64,000 nucleotides of DNA from Bacteroidales bacterium. GTDB taxonomy: Bacteria > Bacteroidota > Bacteroidia > Bacteroidales > UBA932. Of this stretch, positions 9,261 to 18,172 are shown piece by piece. A program made the translations under genes and the position numbers. The stretch lies in contig JAFZED010000007.1 in assembly GCA_017560825.1 (NCBI GenBank), positions 6,284-70,283 on the forward strand, given 5' to 3'. Position 1 is the first letter of the stretch. Each line of letters opens with the position of its first letter. The notes beneath the pieces were generated by a model. The model was given only the letters and a program-made list of their open reading frames with translations, made no database searches and was not told where the DNA came from.

Positions 9261-9321
9261 TTTAAAAAAAAGAAAAATCGACATTAAAAAAGAGAAAATG
9301 TCGGTTTTTCTCTTTTTTAAA
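9261..9321. repeat. 25-bp imperfect inverted repeat with an internal third copy of an A-rich motif
   Basis: TTTAAAAAAAAGAAAAATCGACATT ... AATGTCGGTTTTTCTCTTTTTTAAA (2 mismatches), just upstream of -7 element TACATTTG (9343-9350). Confidence 0.7.
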
Positions 9322-9397
9322 CACCGTTTCATTCTTCTCATCTACATTTGCGGCAGTTCGCAATGTCGCCGAACGCTAAAGATTGAGGAGAATGAAA

Positions 9398-10507
9398 ATG
9401 AAAAGATCTGTTACATTGTGCGGCTCAAAGACTGCTGCAATTGTGTGTCTGGCCGTCCTGGGTGTCCTGTTGCCCGCGTGCAATCTGTTAGGTCCTGCAG
9501 AGGCGGGAGGGTTGGGGGAACTCCGTATCTCCTTTGCCAGGGACCAGGAGGCTCTTACCCGTTCCGGGTTCAACATCCCGGACACAAGTGATTTCATTCT
9601 TAATGTAAAGGACTCTGACGGGAAATCCGTATATGAAGGATCATATGGCGCTTGTCCTGAGTCATTGAGTCTGCCGTCCGGCAGCTACACTGTCTCCGTG
9701 ATCTCGGAGGAATTTGAAAAGCCAGCCTTTTCCAGACCTCAGTTCGGTGATGAGCAATGCGTTGTCGTGCCGTCAGGAGGTTCAATAAATGCCCGCCTTG
9801 TCTGCTCCCAGACAAATGCCGGAATACGCCTTGTGGTGGACCCGGGATTTCTGTTCACCTATCCTGACGGAGTGCTCATCCTCAAGTCGTCGACCGGAAG
9901 AATAGTCTATGGCTATTCTGAAAAGAGGGTCGCGTATTTCAAGCCGGGTGATGTCTCTCTTGTGCTCAATCAAGGAGTCAAGGATCAGGTGCTGATGACC
10001 CGTACCTTGAATGCAAAAGAAGTACTCGAACTGAAGGTCGGAGTGTCTGGAAGTACGGGAGGAACTGAATCTGCTGCCGGTTCTATGTCCATTCAAGTGG
10101 ACACGGCAAGAACTTGGCTTAAAGGAGAATACATTATCGGAGGAGAGAATCCTGGAGGTGCGGATGTCTCTGCTGCTCTTACAGTTACGGATGCCAGGAA
10201 TTCTGTCGGAAGCGAAAGCGTGTGGGTCAGCGGCTATATAGTCGGAGGCGATCTCTCGTCTTCTTCTGCAAGCTTCAAAAAGCCTTTCAATTCTCGCACA
10301 AACCTGCTTATCGGTCCACGCTCGACCGCTTCCGACAGGAATTCCTGTATGTCCGTCCAGCTGCCTTCCGGTGAACTTCGCGATGCCTTGAATCTGGTTG
10401 ATCACCCTTCTCTTCTTGGCAGAAAAGTCTATCTCAGAGGTGACATAGTAGAAGCCTACTATGGCCTTCCGGGAATAAAGAATATCACAGAATACGAATT
10501 GTGGTAA
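9398..10507 (+). CDS. Surface lipoprotein, DUF4493-like N-terminal domain plus DUF6359-like C-terminal domain
   Basis: Lipobox LPAC; LSLPSGSYTV...PAFSRPQFG; C-terminal VWVSGYIVG...SVQLPSG..R.ALNLVDHP..LG.KV...G....YYG. ATG 9398 (or 9392) preferred over the track's TTG at 9383. Confidence 0.7.
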   Translation: MKRSVTLCGSKTAAIVCLAVLGVLLPACNLLGPAEAGGLGELRISFARDQEALTRSGFNIPDTSDFILNVKDSDGKSVYEGSYGACPESLSLPSGSYTVSVISEEFEKPAFSRPQFGDEQCVVVPSGGSINARLVCSQTNAGIRLVVDPGFLFTYPDGVLILKSSTGRIVYGYSEKRVAYFKPGDVSLVLNQGVKDQVLMTRTLNAKEVLELKVGVSGSTGGTESAAGSMSIQVDTARTWLKGEYIIGGENPGGADVSAALTVTDARNSVGSESVWVSGYIVGGDLSSSSASFKKPFNSRTNLLIGPRSTASDRNSCMSVQLPSGELRDALNLVDHPSLLGRKVYLRGDIVEAYYGLPGIKNITEYELW

Positions 10508-10549
10508 TAAAGAAAAATCAAGTTTCATTTTAGTTGAGGATTTAGTGAT

Positions 10550-10630
10550 AGGCGGCGCGGCCGTGAGGTCCCGTCGCCTTTTCCGTAATCAAATGTGTTT
10601 GGGCCGGGCCATTGTGTCCGGCCCTTTCCG
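10550..10630 (+). terminator. Two tandem GC-rich hairpins, each followed by TTT(T)CCG
   Basis: AGGCGGCG..GTGA..CGTCGCCT (10550-10579) and GGGCCGGGC..GTCCGGCCC (10601-10624). Confidence 0.55.
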
Positions 10631-10700
10631 CATAATATATTTCATTGAAAATAAATGAATTTAAGTCATAGGTTGAGGTTGTGCGTATAGGAATATTTTG

Positions 10701-10708
10701 TATATTTG
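10701..10708 (+). promoter_or_regulatory. -7 promoter element of the susC operon
   Basis: TATATTTG, 31 nt before the susC ATG. Confidence 0.6.
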
Positions 10709-10739
10709 TCGGTTTGTTTTTAATTACAGGAATTTTTAG

Positions 10740-13685
10740 ATGAATAACTTTAAGAAATTTATTCTGGCAATTGTCCTTTCTTCTGTCTGCAGCCTTTCGC
10801 TGTTGGCACAGAACCTGGTGACTGTCAGTGGAATAGTGACTTCTGCTGATGACGGTCTGCCTATGATTGGAGTTGCCGTGATGGCTGGTCAAGGTAATGG
10901 TGTGATAACATCATTGGACGGTGATTATGTCATTGAAGTGGCTCCGGGAACAGAGCTGCTTTATTCAAGCATCGGATTTGACGAAGTGAGATTCGTCGTT
11001 CCGGAAGGCCAGTCACAGATCACACATAACGTGGTGATGAAAGCCGAGTCCCTTCAGTTGGATGAGACTGTAGTCATTGCATATGGAGTCAGAAAGAAGG
11101 GTACAGTTGCCGGTTCGGTGTCTACTGTGAAGTCAGAGAAACTGGAGAGTACTCCTACTGCTGCATTCGACCAGGCCCTTCAGGGACAGGTGGCAGGTCT
11201 TTCGGTAATGTCAAACACAGGAGAACCGAGCGCCGCGACAACAATGGTCATCCGCGGAACCAACTCGATCAATTCGGGAACAGCGCCGCTCTACATTCTT
11301 GACGGTGTTGCAATCTCTGCATCCGACTTCAACACAATCAACCCTGCCGACATCGAGAGTATGTCCGTACTCAAGGATGCAGCGTCGACTTCGATCTACG
11401 GAGCACGTGCCTCTAACGGTGTGATCGTGATCACAACCAAGCGAGGACGTAACACAGACCGTCCGCATATCGATTACCGTATGCAGATGGGATGGTCTTC
11501 GATCGCTCACGGAAACTGGGATCTGATGAACACTCAGGAACGTATCCAGTACGAGAAGGAGATCGGTATGACAGCAGGTCAGAACTACGACTATCTTTCG
11601 AAGATCGATGTGAACTGGCTTGATGTCGTGTTCAACGATGCGGCTATGCTTCAGAGCCACGAGGTGTCTGTAGCAGGAGCGAATGCTACCACAAACTACT
11701 ATTTCTCAGGAGGCTACTTTGATCAGGACGGTATCGCGCCGGGCTCTGTCTTTGAGCGCTATTCTATGCGTTTCAATGTGGAGCACAGACTTGCTGACTG
11801 GTTCAAGATGGGATCAAATACAATGTTCAATATCCAGAACATCCAGCAGGCGGACAGCGGTGAGTATGCTCTCGTCACTCCTATCTCAGCTGCAAGGTTT
11901 ATGCTTCCTTACTGGAATCCGTATAACGCAGACGGCACTCTTGCCTCTATCAATGACGGCCAGTGGAAGGGTCAGGGACAGAACCCGCTTGAGTGGCTGG
12001 AGAATAATCCTGTGGTGTACAAGAAGTACAAGGCGTTCACAACAGTGTTCGCTGAGTTCAACATCCTTGAGGGTCTTGTATTCAAGTCTCAGTTCGCTGC
12101 AGACTTTGCTCACACTACTGCATTGGCTCAGTCGTTCCCAAGCTACCTGCCTAATCAGGGAGAAGGTTATGCTGCAAGAAACAGCTCAGACAGACTCGAC
12201 CTTCAGGTGACAAACACCCTCACCTACACAAAGAATATAGCAAACACCCACGATATTATCCTCCTTCTCGGTCAGGAAGGCCAGAACTATCATTCAGAGG
12301 CATTCAGCGTAAGCACAGAGGGTCAGACCAACGACCTTCTCACTGACATCTCGACAGGAACACGCGCGACTTCGTGGAGCAGCACTTCGGCTTCGGACTT
12401 TTCGCGTATATCTGTCTTCGCGAGAGGTGAGTACAACTATATGTCGAAATACTACGCTGAGGCCGCTATCCGTACAGACGCATCGTCACGTTTCGGACGT
12501 AACAACCGCTGGGGTCTGTTCGGTCACGTGGGATTTATGTGGAATATGCGTAACGAGGACTTCCTTCGCAACAGCAAGCAGTGGCTTACAAATGCCCAGG
12601 TGTCATTCAGCACAGGTACAGCAGGTAACTCGGAGATCCCTAACTATGAGCACCTTGCCTTGATCGGTGGTGGTGCGGACTATGTAGGTGACGCGGGAGT
12701 GGCTCCAATGCAGCCGGGTAACGAGGAACTTACTTGGGAGAGCTGCTGGACAACAAACCTCGGTTTCCATTTCGGCTTCTGGAACAGGCTCAATGCAGAC
12801 CTCGAGCTCTACAACAAGAAGACAACAGATATGCTTATGTCAGTTCCTATGTCATATGCAGAGTCTAACGGTTACGGCTACAAGTGGTCGAATGTCGGTG
12901 CGATGGTCAACCGCGGTGTCGAGCTGAACCTTACAGGAACAGTAGTGGCAGTCAATGACTTCCTCTGGCAGCTCAATACAAACATCAGCTACAATCACAA
13001 CAGGATCACTGAACTTTACGGTGATGTCACTGAGTATGAGCTTTCCAACACAAACACTAAGCTTGTTGTTGGACACGAACTCGGAGAGTTCTACATCAAC
13101 CGCTATGCTGGTGTGAATCCGGCAAATGGTGAGCCTCTCTGGTACGACAAGGACGGAAACATCACTAACGAGATCCGCGATGAGGACAAGGTACTCGTAG
13201 GAAAGGGCTACCACGCTCCTTGGCAGGGTGGTTTCGGTACTACTCTCGCGTGGAAGGGTCTTAGCCTGAGCGCGCAGTTCAGCTGGGTAGGCGACAGATG
13301 GATGGTCAACAACGACCGTTACTTCGACGAGTCGAACGGACGTTTCTCGACATATAACCAGTCAAGAAGACTCCTCAACCGCTGGAAGCAGCCAGGTGAC
13401 ATCACTGACATCCCGGCTCACGGTCACTACACAGAGTTTGACAGCCGTCTCCTTGAAGACGCGTCATTCCTCCGTCTGAAGAACCTTATGCTTGCGTACA
13501 ATGTTCCTTTGGGAATTCTTTCGAAGGCAGGCTTCCTCAGAGGAGTAAGAGTTTATCTCCAGGGTCAGAACCTCCTGACATTCACTAACTTCTCAGGTCT
13601 TGATCCAGAGGGAGTTGCAAATGTCTATGCAGCACAGTACCCTATGTCCCGTCAGTTTACATTCGGTGTGGACATCAAGTTCTAA
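10740..13685 (+). CDS. susC: SusC/RagA-family TonB-dependent outer-membrane transporter
   Basis: Signal peptide, N-terminal extension, LDETVVIAYG TonB-box region, PLYILDG, DIESMSVLKDAASTSIYGARASNGVIVITTKRG, C-terminal Phe. Confidence 0.97.
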   Translation: MNNFKKFILAIVLSSVCSLSLLAQNLVTVSGIVTSADDGLPMIGVAVMAGQGNGVITSLDGDYVIEVAPGTELLYSSIGFDEVRFVVPEGQSQITHNVVMKAESLQLDETVVIAYGVRKKGTVAGSVSTVKSEKLESTPTAAFDQALQGQVAGLSVMSNTGEPSAATTMVIRGTNSINSGTAPLYILDGVAISASDFNTINPADIESMSVLKDAASTSIYGARASNGVIVITTKRGRNTDRPHIDYRMQMGWSSIAHGNWDLMNTQERIQYEKEIGMTAGQNYDYLSKIDVNWLDVVFNDAAMLQSHEVSVAGANATTNYYFSGGYFDQDGIAPGSVFERYSMRFNVEHRLADWFKMGSNTMFNIQNIQQADSGEYALVTPISAARFMLPYWNPYNADGTLASINDGQWKGQGQNPLEWLENNPVVYKKYKAFTTVFAEFNILEGLVFKSQFAADFAHTTALAQSFPSYLPNQGEGYAARNSSDRLDLQVTNTLTYTKNIANTHDIILLLGQEGQNYHSEAFSVSTEGQTNDLLTDISTGTRATSWSSTSASDFSRISVFARGEYNYMSKYYAEAAIRTDASSRFGRNNRWGLFGHVGFMWNMRNEDFLRNSKQWLTNAQVSFSTGTAGNSEIPNYEHLALIGGGADYVGDAGVAPMQPGNEELTWESCWTTNLGFHFGFWNRLNADLELYNKKTTDMLMSVPMSYAESNGYGYKWSNVGAMVNRGVELNLTGTVVAVNDFLWQLNTNISYNHNRITELYGDVTEYELSNTNTKLVVGHELGEFYINRYAGVNPANGEPLWYDKDGNITNEIRDEDKVLVGKGYHAPWQGGFGTTLAWKGLSLSAQFSWVGDRWMVNNDRYFDESNGRFSTYNQSRRLLNRWKQPGDITDIPAHGHYTEFDSRLLEDASFLRLKNLMLAYNVPLGILSKAGFLRGVRVYLQGQNLLTFTNFSGLDPEGVANVYAAQYPMSRQFTFGVDIKF

Positions 13686-13691
13686 ATTGTT

Positions 13692-15209
13692 ATGATTATG
13701 AAGAAAACATTCAATATAATCGCAAAATCAGTTGCAATGCTTCTTGTCGCATTCAACCTCAATGCCTGCCTTGAGAAACTTCCGGGCGACTACATCCTTG
13801 AGGAAGATGCGATGAAGACATTCAACGACGCAGAGCAGACGCTTACCGGCATCTACAGTTCGTTTATGAGCGGTGCCCTTTACAGCGGCTACCTTACCCT
13901 CTGCCCTGACATCCAGTCAGATCTTGTCTATGCCATCGACGGTTATTCAAACACCTTGGGAAACCACTGGCTTTGGAAGATATATTCAACAAATTCAGAG
14001 ATCGAGTCCATCTATGCTTCTCTTTATTCGGTTATCGGAAAGTGTAACTTCTTCCTTGACCAGGTAGAGAAAGTGCGTTCGACTCTTACTGATGACACTC
14101 AGATCAAGTACCTGGACTATTACACCGGAGAGGTGTATTGCGCAAGAGCCCTTGCCTATTCAGAGCTCGTAAAGTGCTTCTGCAAGGCTTATGATCCGGC
14201 TACCGCAGAGAATGAGCAGGGTATCGTGATCCGCTCGAAGTACTTCGAGAAGGAGCCCGTGAAACGTGCTTCGCTCAAGGAGTCTTATGAATTCATTCTT
14301 TCTGACCTTGCAAAGGCTCAGGAACTTCTTGAGGATGAGAACGACTATTACAACTCTGCATTCTTCACAAAGGCGGCTTCTCACGCGATCAATGCAAGAG
14401 TGGCCCTGTATATGCAGGATTGGGAAGAGGCTGTGGCTCAGTCATCGAAGGTTATCGACAATGAGTACGGCGGATTCGAACTCGCAACTACAAGTATGTA
14501 TTCAGGTGGAATGACCTATCTGGACTATCTCTGGAACTACGACTCGTCGTTCGAGGTGATCTGGAAGATCGGTTACACACAGACTTCATACGGTTACCCT
14601 ACAGGTTCGGTATTCCTCAACTTTACAAACGACTACACCTATTATTATCCGGACTATGTGCCGGCTCAGTGGGTGCTTAACCTTTATGGATCTGGAGATG
14701 CCCGTTACAATGCGTATTTCGCAAACCTTCAGACAGGTTACTCGCATCAGCTCCAGTGGCCTCTCCTTGTGAAGTACTATGGCAACCAGGATCTTGTGGC
14801 AGTCTATGTCTACCATACAAATATGCCTAAGCCTCTGCGTCTTGCGGAGCAGTATCTGATCCGTGCCGAGGCCAATTGCAGAAAAGGAGATTTCGTAAAG
14901 GCTTCTGATGACCTTTCGACACTCAGGCGCTCAAGATATACTTCCGGAGGTGCCATCTCGGTGAATGAAAACAACTGGCTCCAGACTATCTCAGACGAGA
15001 GAGTGAGGGAACTGTATATGGAAGGATTCCGTCTGCACGACCTTAAGCGTTGGAATATGGGCTTTGAGCGTACTCCACAGGCCAATTCACTCGCTGAAGG
15101 AAGCACAATGAAGGTTGAGGCGGGTGATCCGCTCTTCGTATGGCCTATCCCTAAGCACGAGATCGAGGCTCCGGGTTCGGAGATCACCGGAAATGAAAGC
15201 AACAAGTAA
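13692..15209 (+). CDS. susD: SusD/RagB-family lipoprotein
   Basis: Lipobox LNAC; GEVYCARALAYSELV, LRLAEQYLIRAEA, ERVRELYMEGFRLHDLKRW, WPIP..EI. Confidence 0.95.
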   Translation: MIMKKTFNIIAKSVAMLLVAFNLNACLEKLPGDYILEEDAMKTFNDAEQTLTGIYSSFMSGALYSGYLTLCPDIQSDLVYAIDGYSNTLGNHWLWKIYSTNSEIESIYASLYSVIGKCNFFLDQVEKVRSTLTDDTQIKYLDYYTGEVYCARALAYSELVKCFCKAYDPATAENEQGIVIRSKYFEKEPVKRASLKESYEFILSDLAKAQELLEDENDYYNSAFFTKAASHAINARVALYMQDWEEAVAQSSKVIDNEYGGFELATTSMYSGGMTYLDYLWNYDSSFEVIWKIGYTQTSYGYPTGSVFLNFTNDYTYYYPDYVPAQWVLNLYGSGDARYNAYFANLQTGYSHQLQWPLLVKYYGNQDLVAVYVYHTNMPKPLRLAEQYLIRAEANCRKGDFVKASDDLSTLRRSRYTSGGAISVNENNWLQTISDERVRELYMEGFRLHDLKRWNMGFERTPQANSLAEGSTMKVEAGDPLFVWPIPKHEIEAPGSEITGNESNK

Positions 15210-15221
15210 AAAAGACAGAAG

Positions 15222-16127
15222 ATGAAGCATATAATCAAATATCTTACAATCACTCTCTTCGCTGCAGCTGCGCTATGCTCGTGCGAGGAGAAGTACGTGA
15301 CTTATTCCGATGCGGAATATGTTATGTTTGCCGACACGCTTGCTGCCTATCCGGTACAGAAGGATGTGGATTTCATCAGCATCCCGGTTGTGTCTACAGT
15401 CATAAAGGACTATGACAGGACCTTCGGAGTCGAGATCATCGACAAGGAGAGCAATGCCATCGAGACACTCCACTACAGACTTGAGTCCAACACTGTCACA
15501 ATCAAGGCCGGTGAGAACCGCGCAGATGTACGCCTTAAGGGTATATATGACAGCATAGAGGCTGAGGATTCGCTCGTAGTCTGCCTCCAGCTTGTTATGA
15601 ACCAGAATCTTGAGATGCCGCTTTACGGTCAGCGCACAAAAGTAGAGCTTGTGAAGGTGTGTCCTTTTGACATCAATGATTTCTCAGGCTGGTGTATGTT
15701 CACCTCGATGTTCCTGTACCAGTACTCGGCTACTCAGTCTTATCAGAGACTCATCTACACTGAGCCGCACCCTACGATGGAGAATACCATCATCTGCCGC
15801 AACTGGATGGCTGACGGCTATGACGTGACTATGACTTTCCATCCTGAAGATCCACTTGACAGGGTCGTTACAATGGCGCAGGACCAGGTGATGAGCGATG
15901 AGGGCTCATTCTTCGGAACTGTCTACGGTGACAACAATCTTTATGTAAAGAACAGCTCACTGAATGACTCGTATTTCTATTCGTGTGGCAAGTATCTTTT
16001 CTTGTGGTGCGAGGTGTCAGTCAAGGACCTTGGTGACATCTACGGTACTGTAGGACATTTCTACAATGTAATGGAATGGGTGAGCGATGAAGAGGCTGAC
16101 CGCCTTAAAAGGGAAGAAGGCCTTTAA
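15222..16127 (+). CDS. Surface lipoprotein, DUF4984-like (Calx-beta/Ig-like)
   Basis: Lipobox LCSC-EEK; YDRTFGVEIID..SNAIE..HY.L.SNTVTIKAGE; position after susD. Confidence 0.65.
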   Translation: MKHIIKYLTITLFAAAALCSCEEKYVTYSDAEYVMFADTLAAYPVQKDVDFISIPVVSTVIKDYDRTFGVEIIDKESNAIETLHYRLESNTVTIKAGENRADVRLKGIYDSIEAEDSLVVCLQLVMNQNLEMPLYGQRTKVELVKVCPFDINDFSGWCMFTSMFLYQYSATQSYQRLIYTEPHPTMENTIICRNWMADGYDVTMTFHPEDPLDRVVTMAQDQVMSDEGSFFGTVYGDNNLYVKNSSLNDSYFYSCGKYLFLWCEVSVKDLGDIYGTVGHFYNVMEWVSDEEADRLKREEGL

Positions 16128-16177
16128 TCTCCCGAGGACATATAACCATTGATAATTAATAAGAATATATAAAGACT

Positions 16178-18148
16178 ATGAAGAATATAGTGAAATATCT
16201 TGGAGCAGCTGTGATGGCTCTTGCTTTGGCAGCAGCCTGTGAGCCTAAGGAACCTGTTGTGGAAGTGACACCAGAGTTCCCTTCAGTTGTAGAAAATAAT
16301 AATGTCCTTCCGGGCGAGACTTTGACACTGTCTTTCGTTCCTAATATGGACTGGACAGTGCGTATCCCTGAGGAAAGCATCAAATGGTATTCAATCCTCG
16401 ACGGGTCATTCGAGACTGACTTCATCTCAGGCAAGGCGTCAGAGACTCCTGTAGAGGTCAAGGTAAAGGTCTCTGAGGTGGAGGAGTTCGATTCTGCAAG
16501 GGCCTGCGAGATCACTCTGACTATGGGTGGCGAGACAAAGGTCATCGCCAAGTTCTCACGCCAGCCTAAGGAAAGGACAATTGCTGTCTTCACCGCTGAG
16601 GTAAATGGTGACGAGTTCGTTTTCGGAGGTGAAGACGGAGGATATGTCTATTCAGAGCAGGAAGCTGAGTCTATCGATCTTCTCTGGCCTGAGGGAACAA
16701 GCGGATTCAGAATGCAGATCAAGGTGGACGCAAACTTCGCCTGGACCATAGCTACACCTGAGTGGGCTGAAGCTAACGTCCCTGAGTCTACACTTGGACT
16801 TACAACATTCGAGATCCTCGGAGTTCCATCTAAGTACCCTCTCGACGGAGGTGAAGGAAAGATTCTTTTCAAGGCAGGTGAGACTGTAGTGAAGGAACTT
16901 CCTATAACTATTCCTGCCTGCAGGGACAGATTTGAGTTTACCCTCGGAACAATGGCTTCACTCAACTTCAATGGAGAAGGTGAGTACCGTGTGGAATTGG
17001 GTTATGAAGCTGCGCCTGCATACGGTTCCATCTACGGACCTGATGGTGTAAGTGTTGTAGCTGTAGACAAGACTGAGAACGGTTATTCTGCAGTGGAGTC
17101 TGATTGGGTTCACGTCAAGATAGCTGATTGGGATCCGGCCGGAGATGTGCTTCAGACAAGAAGTGTAGAGTACACCGTAGATGTAAATGAAGGAGAGTAC
17201 CGTGAAGCACTCGTCATCGGACTCCCAGCGACATTCACAGGTACAGTAGCAGACCTCTTCTCTGGTTCAGACCTCAAGGAAGAGTATGCTGCAAACACTG
17301 TGGTTATCTCACAGGATGCGCTTTCGAATGAGTATGTCACTCCTCTTTCAACTAAAGTTGACCGTGAGAGCGTAGGCTTCTTCTTTGAAAACATCGCAAC
17401 CGGACCTGTCCTCAACTGGTTCGGCCAGACAGACTTCGCTTATCATATCATCTACTCTGTTGCCTGGTCACTTGACGAAGGATGGCTTTCACTCAAGCAG
17501 CCTTATCATTCTTATAAGGTGTTCAACGACAAGAGGGCAGAGCAGTCTGCAGAGGACTTCTGGCTCACTGTTGAGTCTACAGAGAACAAGCGTGCTGTAC
17601 GCGTGTCTATGAATGTGGAGACCAAGACAGACGGCTATGTAGCATTCTATGATGTTGACGGCAACACACTCGGAGTACTCAAGTGTACTTTCGACCCTGA
17701 CTACACTCCTGTTATCGGTGACGAATTCCGCATAGAGTTCATCGGCGAGTCTGCAATGTATGCAGAGATGGTCGGAGCAACTCTCGAGGAGGTGACAGAG
17801 GGCAAGTATTACGATGCTTACAAGGAGTACAATGCTCCTATCTACCACCTCACTTACAGAATGGAGAACTTCCCGATGAGGATTTCCCTCCCGCAGGGTA
17901 CAGTATTCTACTCAGTGAATCCATATATGTACAGAGACCTTTTCCAGGTGAACGGCGCTTCTTACGACGAGACCGGAGGATCGTTCTCATTCGTTGATGG
18001 AGGCGTGGATATATATATGTCGCTGAATCCGGACAAGCCGGAATCGCTCGTGAACACAGGTACGATTATGTTCTCGCGCGAGAGATTCAATACAACTGAC
18101 AAGTTGACCCTCATCCTGGTATGTACCCTTGATTTGAGTGCAGAATAA
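16178..18148 (+). CDS. Large acidic surface lipoprotein with BACON-like repeats (DUF5003-like)
   Basis: Lipobox AAAC-EPKE; FVPNMDWTV, VDANFAWTI...PEW and ESDWV motifs. Confidence 0.6.
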   Translation: MKNIVKYLGAAVMALALAAACEPKEPVVEVTPEFPSVVENNNVLPGETLTLSFVPNMDWTVRIPEESIKWYSILDGSFETDFISGKASETPVEVKVKVSEVEEFDSARACEITLTMGGETKVIAKFSRQPKERTIAVFTAEVNGDEFVFGGEDGGYVYSEQEAESIDLLWPEGTSGFRMQIKVDANFAWTIATPEWAEANVPESTLGLTTFEILGVPSKYPLDGGEGKILFKAGETVVKELPITIPACRDRFEFTLGTMASLNFNGEGEYRVELGYEAAPAYGSIYGPDGVSVVAVDKTENGYSAVESDWVHVKIADWDPAGDVLQTRSVEYTVDVNEGEYREALVIGLPATFTGTVADLFSGSDLKEEYAANTVVISQDALSNEYVTPLSTKVDRESVGFFFENIATGPVLNWFGQTDFAYHIIYSVAWSLDEGWLSLKQPYHSYKVFNDKRAEQSAEDFWLTVESTENKRAVRVSMNVETKTDGYVAFYDVDGNTLGVLKCTFDPDYTPVIGDEFRIEFIGESAMYAEMVGATLEEVTEGKYYDAYKEYNAPIYHLTYRMENFPMRISLPQGTVFYSVNPYMYRDLFQVNGASYDETGGSFSFVDGGVDIYMSLNPDKPESLVNTGTIMFSRERFNTTDKLTLILVCTLDLSAE

Positions 18149-18172
18149 GATAAAGAAAAGTAATTTATATAT

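Noticed and set aside
9261-9321. Inverted repeats as a possible invertible promoter
   Set aside because: The arms are only about 11 nt apart, the -7 element lies outside them and no recombinase gene is in the window.
9782-10528. 248-aa antisense ORF
   Set aside because: Lies opposite a well-supported lipoprotein gene and has no recognisable motifs; a shadow frame.
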